Virus record (IMG/VR): IMGVR_UViG_3300038358_000167
DNA from: a virus
Reading direction: 5' to 3' (one strand)
DNA: 35,395 nucleotides
Within the stretch, counting starts at the first letter, position 1. Every line of letters begins with the position of its first letter. Made by a program: the position numbers and the translations under genes. Below are positions 1-8,359 of the stretch, in pieces. The notes under the pieces are model-generated. The model did not search any database. It was not told the DNA's origin and saw only the letters and a list, made by a program, of their open reading frames with translations.

Positions 1-127
1 TAAACAAAGTCTCAGTCGTTGAAACTAGATTAGATGCTGCCAGTCCTTCAATTGGAACAGAAACCGTAAACGAAACATCTACTGTATTCCCTAAAGTGTT
101 ACCATTTAAAGCAACTAAACCTGACGT
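1..127. repeat. Terminal overlap, copy 1 of an exact 127-bp direct repeat (identical to 35269..35395)
   Basis: Compared base by base: 1..127 (taaacaaagtctcag...aaacctgacgt) recurs exactly at 35269..35395. It lies inside an open reading frame. Confidence 0.95.
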
Positions 128-1930
128 TGCCGTATCTTCTCTACCCATGTTTAAGAACGCGTCTCCACTAGTAGCCAAAACATTTAAGTCTATAGCAGCG
201 CCGTAACTTGTCGCCATAGACCCTAAACTTTTTGACGAAGGAGAAATACCACTCTTAACCACTTTACCGTTAGGTAATCCAACCTGAGCTTCTGTTGCTG
301 TATTAGTCCCTGTGTTAAAGTCTATAGACAGTTCGTAATTACTACCAACTCGCCTCCACCAACAATCTACACTAGAAACTGTACCGAAACCTTGAGTAGT
401 TGGCGTATAAGCTTCCCACTCAGTAACTATAGCTCCAGGACCAAATTGCTCAGGACCTATTTTAAAATTATCTGCTCTTAATTCCTGTGGATATAAAAAT
501 GGAACCGTACAATGTATGATTAATCTATAGTTAGCACTATTAGTGGTTTCAAAATCACCTCTAAATGTTCCAGGTGATCCGATGTTATTAATAATGCCGC
601 CATTCTCATCACTTCTTACACGGCCCAACAATGTGGCGTTATCAATGTCATAAATAAATACTTGAAAGTCACCAGTGTTGTAGCTAGCGTTTGGAGTTTC
701 GTATTCAAAACTTAAATTTAACTTCCCGCCTTGATCTATATTGTCAATAGCAAAGTCGTATGAAATACCTTCACCTTGAGCTGAAGCTGAACCTGAAGAA
801 TTTAATTTTAAACTCTGTGTTCCACGTAGAACATCTGCAACTACAACAGATGCGGTTGAAGTAATCTCTAAAGCCGTTCCGCCAGTGCCATCAACCGGAG
901 TTGAAGCTGCAGCATCTTTATATAAAGACCATCCCGTTAAGTCTGTTTCAAAATCAGGGTTAGTAATATAATTAATACCGCCTTGCCCTGATCCACCACC
1001 AGCATCACCAGGAACAAACTTAGTCCCGTCCCATATAGGTGCCTGGCCCAAAGTAGGAGCAATTGTAGTGATATCTACATCCGAATGTTCATCAATGGAG
1101 CCACTAGCTGAAACCTTAGAAGTGTTAGCAACAACGGTTGTATTATTAGTAACCTCAGTATCAAAATCAGTGACATCTGCCGCCACCAATGTAACTACAC
1201 CTTGTTTACCTGCGACAGATGCCACCGGTTCCTTATCTTTATCCCAGACAGTGCCAGAATAATAAATTAAATCTCCAATTATAAAACTAATATTTCCTGC
1301 ACCAAAATCTCTTGTGCCAGCTGTTGTTAACTTATACGAATGACCGATTGTACCAGTGCCATCAACTAATGTCGGCGTATTAGTCACCACATCGTAGTTA
1401 CCTTGGAATGTAAAGACAGGGCTAGATGTAATAGTAGCAATGTCAGATGTATTAGTATCAACCTGCGTTCCAAGCTCCTGAATGTTAGCCTTAGCCGTAG
1501 TATTAGATGTCAAAACTGTACCGGTCATTGCACCCATATCAGTATCACCATCGACAGTTCCTGTAGTGGTTCTTATATCCGCCACATCTGACGCATTTGC
1601 AGCGATATCCGCCACATTTGTTGCAATACCAGTTACGTTAGTTCCTACTTGTGCAGTTAAAGCACCTGCTCTTGCTGTGAGATCCTCATTAGCAATACCC
1701 ACTGCATCGCTTGAATAAGTCGGTACATCATCTTTAGTAGTGCCTACTGTTTTACCAGTATAGCTTGCACTAGAATTATGCTCTTTCTGTGCATTGATAA
1801 CACTATCACCAGATGCAACATCAGTGTTTTCTAAATCTAACTTACCAACAGTATTTGAATCACTTGTTCTAGAGACCCATGCAGCATTTGAATTTAACGC
1901 ATTAACTTTTTGTCCATCACTAATAGCCAT
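1..1930 (-). CDS. Tail fibre / receptor-binding protein, N-terminal ~643 codons. The ORF runs off the window start and continues in frame at 35268..34439 (919 aa in total).
   Basis: ATG at 1930 is preceded by GGAG and an in-frame TAG at 1933..1931. I checked every codon of this frame down to position 1 and found no stop. It is absent from the ORF track only because it has no stop at this end of the window. Fibre-like Thr/Ser/Gly/Asn-rich composition with IATNVADIAANASDVADI repeats and an INYITNPDFETDLTGWS segment. Confidence 0.85.
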   Translation of the reverse strand, partial: MAISDGQKVNALNSNAAWVSRTSDSNTVGKLDLENTDVASGDSVINAQKEHNSSASYTGKTVGTTKDDVPTYSSDAVGIANEDLTARAGALTAQVGTNVTGIATNVADIAANASDVADIRTTTGTVDGDTDMGAMTGTVLTSNTTAKANIQELGTQVDTNTSDIATITSSPVFTFQGNYDVVTNTPTLVDGTGTIGHSYKLTTAGTRDFGAGNISFIIGDLIYYSGTVWDKDKEPVASVAGKQGVVTLVAADVTDFDTEVTNNTTVVANTSKVSASGSIDEHSDVDITTIAPTLGQAPIWDGTKFVPGDAGGGSGQGGINYITNPDFETDLTGWSLYKDAAASTPVDGTGGTALEITSTASVVVADVLRGTQSLKLNSSGSASAQGEGISYDFAIDNIDQGGKLNLSFEYETPNASYNTGDFQVFIYDIDNATLLGRVRSDENGGIINNIGSPGTFRGDFETTNSANYRLIIHCTVPFLYPQELRADNFKIGPEQFGPGAIVTEWEAYTPTTQGFGTVSSVDCWWRRVGSNYELSIDFNTGTNTATEAQVGLPNGKVVKSGISPSSKSLGSMATSYGAAIDLNVLATSGDAFLNMGREDTATSGLVALNGNTLGNTVDVSFTVSVPIEGLAASNLVSTTETLF

Positions 1931-1933
1931 CTA

Positions 1934-2710
1934 TTACTCCGTAACTCTAAATTTCATTTTACCTGTCTGATAATATCCAGGCAGATTTTTTCCTATCTCT
2001 TCCTTAAGCATATAACCTGTGCCCTTAGAATTACCATTTAACGATTCAATCTTTAATGACAGAAAGTTACCCTTAACAGATATGTCTGGCATAAACTCAA
2101 CATCGCCCTTAGTTATTAAATTCTGAAGAAAACGCTCCACATCCTCAACGCCTGTTGCGTTATTTTTTATCACCTTACCGTCTTGTGCAAAATTATTTAT
2201 AAACATCATATTCATCTCTATAAATCGCCTTGTACCAAACGACACCGTCTCAATATCGCCATTTGCTGACTCATGAATAGTAGCGTCAACCTTTTCCTGA
2301 TTGTGCTCAGGCCTAACATAGTCTTGTAATATAAACTGTGGCTCATAAACATCACCAGATACGCTGTCAGATGTATAAGAACTAGACCCCGTAAGATCGG
2401 AAGCTAATGTATAACCCAACAACGTAAATGGTGATAAACCTTTTTGTGTTCCTGAATTAACCAATAAGCTTAGAGTGCCCGTTGATGCGATAGTGTAATA
2501 CCTGGTATCACGATCAAATATGACAGTAAAGGTCTCGGCCCCAGCACTATCCATTGCTGTCTTAATAGCTGTTTGTAATGTGGTTGCCGTATACTTACCT
2601 ATTGAAATAGTAGCGGTTAATTCAGACCCACCCTCATCAAAATTAATTATATTGTTTGTACGATCAATTTCATATCCGTAATAAAATAAACTAAACGTCG
2701 AAATACTCAT
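1934..2710 (-). CDS. Putative distal tail / baseplate protein (Dit-like position)
   Basis: 258-aa ORF whose start overlaps the tape measure stop by 4 nt. It lies directly between the tape measure and tail fibre genes. The function is assigned from position only. Confidence 0.45.
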   Translation of the reverse strand: MSISTFSLFYYGYEIDRTNNIINFDEGGSELTATISIGKYTATTLQTAIKTAMDSAGAETFTVIFDRDTRYYTIASTGTLSLLVNSGTQKGLSPFTLLGYTLASDLTGSSSYTSDSVSGDVYEPQFILQDYVRPEHNQEKVDATIHESANGDIETVSFGTRRFIEMNMMFINNFAQDGKVIKNNATGVEDVERFLQNLITKGDVEFMPDISVKGNFLSLKIESLNGNSKGTGYMLKEEIGKNLPGYYQTGKMKFRVTE

Positions 2711-4431
2711 GCTATAACCCTTGATCCGTTTGTAAAACCAGCCTCATTTAATACATCAACAATCTGTTGTCCTACTCCAGCCGGATCTAATACAGTGCCC
2801 TCTACGTTAACCACAAGGTTCTGTCCTGGTGATTCTAAATCATTATCCACGTCTACATCACCTAAGATTTCTTCTCCTCCTGATGCAACGCTGTCACCAG
2901 AAGTGCTAGCACCTGCAGAGCCTAACCCGGCACCACCGCCTAATGATTTCAGGGCACCACCTAATGCAACCAGAGCAAGACCTGCGGCTATAGCAAACCC
3001 ACCAGTTAAGGTTGTCAATGATGCCTTTAATTTTTCAACACCTAATCCTATGCCGATTAAAGTAGAACCAATGTTAATAGCTAAATCACCTATAATCCCT
3101 AGCACTGCTTTCCCGAATGCTTCAAAACCATTCTTACCTTGAGCTAAAGCACCACCTAAAGCTGTAAAACCAGACACTAAACTTTTTTGCAATAAGCCTG
3201 TTTTTTGCTTCACTGATATAAAAACCTTACCCATGGCCTCAACCGAAGCCTCTGTGTTAGTAGCAAACTGATCCGTAATTGGCTTAGCTTGATCAACCGC
3301 ACCCTGTAACTGAGCTAAAAAAGTAGTTATATCCTCTGTCATATCTGCTTTAAAAACATTATCTAAACTAGTCCCAGCATCGTTTGCAAACTCATCAAAA
3401 ACTGCAGACGATGACTCCTTAAATGTATTTAAGTTTTTTGCGAGATCACTTTCTGGTGCAAAAAAACTAACTATCTTAGACGCAGCATCTGCTAGACTTG
3501 AGATCGTTCCTTGGATAATTAAGTTAATACCATTGAAAGCTAATTGAATAACATTAGACATAACCTCAATCGGAGCAACTACAGATGTTGCGATCACAGC
3601 ACCGAAAGTAATAGCCCCTGTTATTAACCCACTGAAAGGATCTTTATTGTCTTCCCTAAAGCCTTTAACTTGATCCGAAGCTCCCAATATAGCATCTGAT
3701 ATTACTTTAAACACAGACACTAACGCCGGTGATCTAGTTATAACAAAACCGATCTCCTCTAACAAATCTCCAAACGCATTAGACATTTGTTGCAGTCTAC
3801 CTGAAAATGTATTCACCTGAGCTTGTGCCGAGCCTCCAAACTTACCCTCAAGAGCGGTTAACGCTCTTTCAAAAGTCTCTGCCTCTGTTGCACCTTTTTT
3901 AATTACTAAACCATATCGACTAAATGAGCTCACCTCACCAGCCGCTGCTTTACCCACAAGTAATGCCGCAGCCTTTAAATCAATACCTAAAGCAGCACTT
4001 AAATCTGCCGCTGCAATAGTAGCTCTTTTTAAACCGCTAACCTCTAATTGTCCTAAAGATTGAATTAAGGCCGCTGTCTCTAAAGTAGTTTCGTCACCTA
4101 TTGTGGTTACTTTTTGCAACTCACTTGCGAATGCTTGAAAATCCTCTGACACGCCTTTAGCTAATTTGCCAGACTGAGAAAGGGCTATATTTAGCTTATT
4201 AATAGCAACTTCTTGCTGTTGTGCTGCTTCAATAACTTTACGACCTGCAAATGCTGATGCAAACGCTGCCCCCACCGCTAGCACAGTGCCGCTTAAGGCA
4301 ACCAAACCTTTATTAAGGTTACTGCCAATATTACTACCAGTTTTCTTAGACTTCTTTTCAATTTTTTGAAAGCCTTTAATGATTTTTCCATCATCTAAGA
4401 CTATCTCAATCTCTATACTATCATCAGCCAT
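2707..4431 (-). CDS. Tail tape measure protein
   Basis: 574 aa, immediately downstream of the chaperone pair. The N-terminal half is long and helical. Hydrophobic Gly/Ala-rich segments are present (GGFAIAAGLALVALGGALKSLGGGAGLGSAGAS). Confidence 0.85.
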   Translation of the reverse strand: MADDSIEIEIVLDDGKIIKGFQKIEKKSKKTGSNIGSNLNKGLVALSGTVLAVGAAFASAFAGRKVIEAAQQQEVAINKLNIALSQSGKLAKGVSEDFQAFASELQKVTTIGDETTLETAALIQSLGQLEVSGLKRATIAAADLSAALGIDLKAAALLVGKAAAGEVSSFSRYGLVIKKGATEAETFERALTALEGKFGGSAQAQVNTFSGRLQQMSNAFGDLLEEIGFVITRSPALVSVFKVISDAILGASDQVKGFREDNKDPFSGLITGAITFGAVIATSVVAPIEVMSNVIQLAFNGINLIIQGTISSLADAASKIVSFFAPESDLAKNLNTFKESSSAVFDEFANDAGTSLDNVFKADMTEDITTFLAQLQGAVDQAKPITDQFATNTEASVEAMGKVFISVKQKTGLLQKSLVSGFTALGGALAQGKNGFEAFGKAVLGIIGDLAINIGSTLIGIGLGVEKLKASLTTLTGGFAIAAGLALVALGGALKSLGGGAGLGSAGASTSGDSVASGGEEILGDVDVDNDLESPGQNLVVNVEGTVLDPAGVGQQIVDVLNEAGFTNGSRVIA

Positions 4432-4980
4432 CTAATTCATCCTTGAGTAACTGCTGTGCTAAATATTCTGCGTTTGCTTTACTTACTGTATTTACAAAAC
4501 TTGACTTAATCTTACTCTGCAAATCCTTAACTTGACTTTTTATTTTTTCCTTTTTCATATTCGGAAGTAGTGAAGCCGACATTTGTCCTAGTATGTTTTC
4601 TTTCTCTATTACTCCCGATGCTATATAATAACTATTAAATTGATCTACAGTTAATCCACTTATGTACTCATCACTCCACTTGTAATAATAAGCAAGCCTA
4701 GCTTTTTGATAGTCAAACTCAACTATTTTTTTTTACTAGGCATAGCTACTTGCACTAAAGATTCAACTTGCTCAATAGAACACCTTTCCAACACTCCATT
4801 TGGAATGCCAGACGACTCTAAAAAACTAATCATTATATCAATATTAGCATAGTCATCGTCTGCCTTTTCTATTTGCTTTGCTAAGTCTCTAGCTATAACA
4901 ATCGAAGGGAGTCTAACGCTATAGACGTCCCCGTCAATTTTTACCTTTTTTATATTATCTTCAGTGTTAAATTCTAACAT
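4424..4980 (-). CDS. Tail assembly chaperone -1 frameshift fusion product (gpGT-like), about 185 aa
   Basis: From codon ATA at 4726..4724 the -1 frame is open for 100 codons (IVEFDYQKARLAYYYKWSDEY...LLKDELDG). It stops at TGA 4426..4424, overlapping the tape measure ATG (ATGGCTGA). I checked each codon. Confidence 0.6.
4723..4980 (-). CDS. Tail assembly chaperone, zero-frame product (lambda gpG-like position)
   Basis: 85-aa acidic ORF between the tail tube and tape measure genes. It ends ...PSKKK-TAG on a run of nine A. Confidence 0.7.
   Translation of the reverse strand: MLEFNTEDNIKKVKIDGDVYSVRLPSIVIARDLAKQIEKADDDYANIDIMISFLESSGIPNGVLERCSIEQVESLVQVAMPSKKK
4726..4734 (-). promoter_or_regulatory. 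Slippery A9 run (A AAA AAA heptamer) for -1 programmed ribosomal frameshifting
   Basis: Nine consecutive T on the plus strand at 4726..4734, followed immediately by the zero-frame stop TAG. Confidence 0.6.
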
Positions 4981-4983
4981 CTA

Positions 4984-5859
4984 TTAAATTCCTGTCTGTG
5001 TTGGATCGCCAATTAATACAGAGTTAACTCTAGTATCTTTTGAAAGATCAGGATATCCAGAAAAAGTAACTACTAATGTTCTAGGGTTTTCACCAGAGAA
5101 GATCAAAGATCCTGGAACAGGAAGGCTTAGCATAACTGTATAGTTATAACTAATTTCAGAGCTAATAATATTAACTGGGACAAACTCTAATCGAGCCGCT
5201 TCAACTAACATATTTTTACCGATTGCAGATGTTCCCATGCCAAAAACTTCAGTACCAGCTGCTGGCGTAAAAGTTCCACCGTAAATTGCGAACATTTCTT
5301 TTAACTGTGATTTAGTAGTTTCCAACAAAGTTAACTCAGCACCGGGCTTATTGCCTCTATGTATAGAAGTTATAGGCACTGTACCTGTTTGCTGTGCAGT
5401 CACGTCTAAGTTATCAACTTCATTCGTAGGAGATGGCTCGCCTTCGATTAAACCAAGATCAACATTCTTACCTTTTCTACAAATAGTTACGCTAACACCA
5501 GAGTCCACATCCACTGTGTCATCTTGCTCGCCTACCACATCAACCTTAGCAGTTACAACTGTACCGGAAACTGTTGAGGTAAGTCCTGCTACGCCGTCAA
5601 TAGCTGCTTGTATTAAACCAGCTAAAGTTGCTGCTGTGTCTGCAGTTGTATAAGCTACCGCAATGGCAGTCTTACCTGCTGGAGCTGGATCTGCTGCTGC
5701 AACACCGTCAAACCACACGTAGTAGTCACTAAATAATGTAAAATATGTTCCATCTAAACTATCTGCAACGTCTGCCACAGCTGTGATTTGATGTTCTGCC
5801 TCTATTCTCCAAAACACATTCATTGGTGTAATGGCTATATTGTTTGCTGATCCTGACAT
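4984..5859 (-). CDS. Major tail (tube) protein
   Basis: 291-aa ORF directly upstream of the chaperone pair and tape measure (canonical siphovirus order). Beta-rich Thr/Val/Gly composition with a strong GGAGG-like RBS (aaggaggacagtaatg). Confidence 0.6.
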   Translation of the reverse strand: MSGSANNIAITPMNVFWRIEAEHQITAVADVADSLDGTYFTLFSDYYVWFDGVAAADPAPAGKTAIAVAYTTADTAATLAGLIQAAIDGVAGLTSTVSGTVVTAKVDVVGEQDDTVDVDSGVSVTICRKGKNVDLGLIEGEPSPTNEVDNLDVTAQQTGTVPITSIHRGNKPGAELTLLETTKSQLKEMFAIYGGTFTPAAGTEVFGMGTSAIGKNMLVEAARLEFVPVNIISSEISYNYTVMLSLPVPGSLIFSGENPRTLVVTFSGYPDLSKDTRVNSVLIGDPTQTGI

Positions 5860-5881
5860 TACTGTCCTCCTTGACCTTTAA

Positions 5882-6307
5882 TTAATTAAATCCTTGTAAC
5901 ATTATAATATTTGTAAAATTCATTTCTAAAATAACTGAATTATCATTGCTGACATCTAATGGAAGTAACGAAAACGAATCGAATACAATATTCTTAATAC
6001 CACTAGATAACCTTACCGCAGGCAATAATATATCACAAACAATCGCTTCCATATCGCCTAGCATTTCGTCCCGCATCGAAGCCGGATCTCTAAAACCATT
6101 CCTGAACACTCTTAAAGTAATAGGCATAGATATATTCTGCACATGCTGATTTATAACCCCACCTGAACCGTCATTAACTTCTAAATGATATGACTTATCT
6201 ATAATAGTGGATGGAATATTCTCGACATTAAAGCCATCAGTCCATTCTCTATACCCTAAATCATCCATGCGTGTTCTAAATAAAGGCAATACTAAAGTAA
6301 CGCTCAT
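5882..6307 (-). CDS. Putative tail terminator / tail completion protein (position-based)
   Basis: 141-aa ORF immediately upstream of the tail tube gene. Its start overlaps the preceding gene by 4 nt. Confidence 0.35.
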   Translation of the reverse strand: MSVTLVLPLFRTRMDDLGYREWTDGFNVENIPSTIIDKSYHLEVNDGSGGVINQHVQNISMPITLRVFRNGFRDPASMRDEMLGDMEAIVCDILLPAVRLSSGIKNIVFDSFSLLPLDVSNDNSVILEMNFTNIIMLQGFN

Positions 6308-7005
6308 AACCTAACCAAATCCATAGTCAAAGTATTAATACCCTCATGCTTATCTATAACCGCATCTCCGTCAATATCTAATCTTACAAATGCACGCTTT
6401 CTCTTGTCCAGCATTTGTGTCTGGAACAATTTAGCTTGCTCTGCAAATACATCATCAACAGCATTAGACAAATCAGAATAAATCAACCACAAAACATAAT
6501 ATGCAGACCATTGTCTAACCTCGTCCACATTAACAATAGCAGCCTTAGTTAACTTATCACCATTAATATCAGTCTTCCCGATCTCATTGAAAAATTCCAT
6601 AATTAAAGTCTGGACTTTTCTATGTACATATTTATAAGAGCTCTTGCCATCCGGCAACCATTTCATAACCTCTGTCTTTAAAGACTTAATATCCTGATCA
6701 GTTGAGAATAAATAATCTGCAACTTCTGTCAATACAGTTATATTAAAAGTAGCCGTGACTGGTGTACTTCCATTGTCCACGCGAACTGTCACGACCTTTG
6801 CGCCGTCCGTGGCATATTCATAATCTAAAAACCAATCGCGCTCGCTAGTTGCAAACACACTTATAAATCCTGCGCCAGCCTCAGGCTCAATTTCAACTAC
6901 AGTTAAAGCAACTTCATCCTTAGTTACATAACTACCGCCAGCATAAAGTCTAGTCTTATCGTTAACCTGTAAAACAGACTCGAAATTTAACTTAGGAAAT
7001 AACAT
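6304..7005 (-). CDS. Hypothetical virion (neck/connector region) protein
   Basis: 233-aa ORF in the late operon, with overlapping junctions on both sides. Confidence 0.55.
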   Translation of the reverse strand: MLFPKLNFESVLQVNDKTRLYAGGSYVTKDEVALTVVEIEPEAGAGFISVFATSERDWFLDYEYATDGAKVVTVRVDNGSTPVTATFNITVLTEVADYLFSTDQDIKSLKTEVMKWLPDGKSSYKYVHRKVQTLIMEFFNEIGKTDINGDKLTKAAIVNVDEVRQWSAYYVLWLIYSDLSNAVDDVFAEQAKLFQTQMLDKRKRAFVRLDIDGDAVIDKHEGINTLTMDLVRL

Positions 7006-7504
7006 CTTTTAGCCCCTTTTCTAGTTCTAAATATAATCTATATGGTGTATTTGACTTATCCCTATCATATTCAGGCCTAATATCTTCTGGCAACGCCTCT
7101 AATGCCTCATGACAAATCATGTTGTTAGTCGTATCACCAAAAGGTTCTCTGTATGGAATTTTCCAATAACCAATAGTAACAGTTCTCAGTATCGCCCTGT
7201 ATGTTATCCAAAAGAAATATGCATAATCATACGTTGACCCTCTGTACTTATACTTAAGTTTCTCAAATAGAACATCTTCTTTATATTTAGAAACATCATA
7301 ATCTATTTCAAAAACCACAGTCCTATTCTCTAAAAACTCGAACTCAGTCTCTGTGATGAAACCGCGAAACGACCAATGCATCACTCTGCCATCTTCAAAC
7401 ATTAAACCAAAGTGGCTAGCAGGCTCACCTAAGAAAAAACCAAGAAAATCATTGTCCTTACTTACTCTTTCTAACATTGTCGATCTAGTCCACACTAACT
7501 TCAT
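6992..7504 (-). CDS. Hypothetical protein; possible permuted papain-like (NlpC/P60, YiiX-type) hydrolase
   Basis: 170 aa. The pattern ASHFGLMFEDGRVMHW...FEFLENRTVVFEI...YRGSTYDYAYF...NNMICHEALEAL has His before Cys, as in permuted papain-fold amidases. This is motif reading only. Confidence 0.35.
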   Translation of the reverse strand: MKLVWTRSTMLERVSKDNDFLGFFLGEPASHFGLMFEDGRVMHWSFRGFITETEFEFLENRTVVFEIDYDVSKYKEDVLFEKLKYKYRGSTYDYAYFFWITYRAILRTVTIGYWKIPYREPFGDTTNNMICHEALEALPEDIRPEYDRDKSNTPYRLYLELEKGLKDVIS

Positions 7505-8349
7505 ATACTAAACTCCCCTATTAGATATTGCCTAATAGTAGCACCGCCTAAAGCAGCAGGAAGGTCATCTAGCCATGCGTCCGTAGATGTTTCAAATTCA
7601 ACCACAATCTCCTTTTTACCGAAATCAGGACTTGCAACATCATTTATTGAGCTTGAATTCTTAACGAACCTATTAAAAAATGGCTCCATAGCGTCTAAAA
7701 AGTCACGACCCATTAGTAATATCTCGCCTTGAGTTAATGTACCTGATTGAGTTTCTAATAAAAAGCTCATCACTGGCAACTGAACACCATCAACTATGTT
7801 AGACCTACGACGCTTACCTTCTAAAATCTGATCAATCGGGTTAATAGTATAACTTTTAGTAGTTATTTTAAATAAAGGATGAAACGACTCATCTTCTCTT
7901 ACCCACTTTCTAGTAGTGGTCCTTGAAACAGCAAAACCCATAGCGTCTCTAACATAAACCATAGTTACATCTAGTAGCTTATTCGTTAATAACTGGTCAC
8001 TATACCATACAACAGAGGTTAGCTCACCCTTAGTAAATACTCGCTTAGGGAATATGCTCTGGCTGAGTTCTGTATTATAATTAATATTATGGAAGTGCTT
8101 CCCACCTCCACCATCATCAGAAAGTGTTATAACTTTTACCGCGTTTATTATAGGCGGTTGATAACCAACATCATAAATTAAGTTATTATTTCCATCCAAA
8201 GAGTAACCCTCGGCGTAATTGCCAGGAGCCACTAGAAAATGCATAAACTGAACCCTGTCTGACCAAGGGTAAACATACGTTTCTCTTTTACCCTCGTAAT
8301 GAGCAATAACTTGATTTGTTGGTATATCTAAAACTCCATATAAATTCAT
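7501..8349 (-). CDS. Hypothetical structural protein
   Basis: 282-aa ORF in the late operon, with a 4-nt overlap to the downstream gene. Confidence 0.55.
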   Translation of the reverse strand: MNLYGVLDIPTNQVIAHYEGKRETYVYPWSDRVQFMHFLVAPGNYAEGYSLDGNNNLIYDVGYQPPIINAVKVITLSDDGGGGKHFHNINYNTELSQSIFPKRVFTKGELTSVVWYSDQLLTNKLLDVTMVYVRDAMGFAVSRTTTRKWVREDESFHPLFKITTKSYTINPIDQILEGKRRRSNIVDGVQLPVMSFLLETQSGTLTQGEILLMGRDFLDAMEPFFNRFVKNSSSINDVASPDFGKKEIVVEFETSTDAWLDDLPAALGGATIRQYLIGEFSI

Positions 8350-8359
8350 TTACAACTCC

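Noticed and set aside
1-127. The terminal repeat as a genuine T7-like direct terminal repeat
   Set aside because: It cuts through an ORF that remains in frame across the junction, and its length equals a standard assembler k-mer. Circular closure is the simpler reading, though only read mapping can settle it.
1068-1718. Three plus-strand ORFs (1068..1262, 1403..1591, 1482..1718) listed in the track
   Set aside because: They lie antisense to the fully open tail fibre frame. They have no RBS and a Ser/Thr/Val/Leu-biased shadow composition.
2795-3142. 115-aa proline-rich plus-strand ORF
   Set aside because: It is the codon-aligned antisense of the Gly/Ala-rich C-terminal part of the tape measure gene, so the open frame is a by-product of GC-rich sense codons. 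The same reasoning applies to 5351..5653, 10824..11168, 30598..30903 and the other antisense ORFs inside structural genes.
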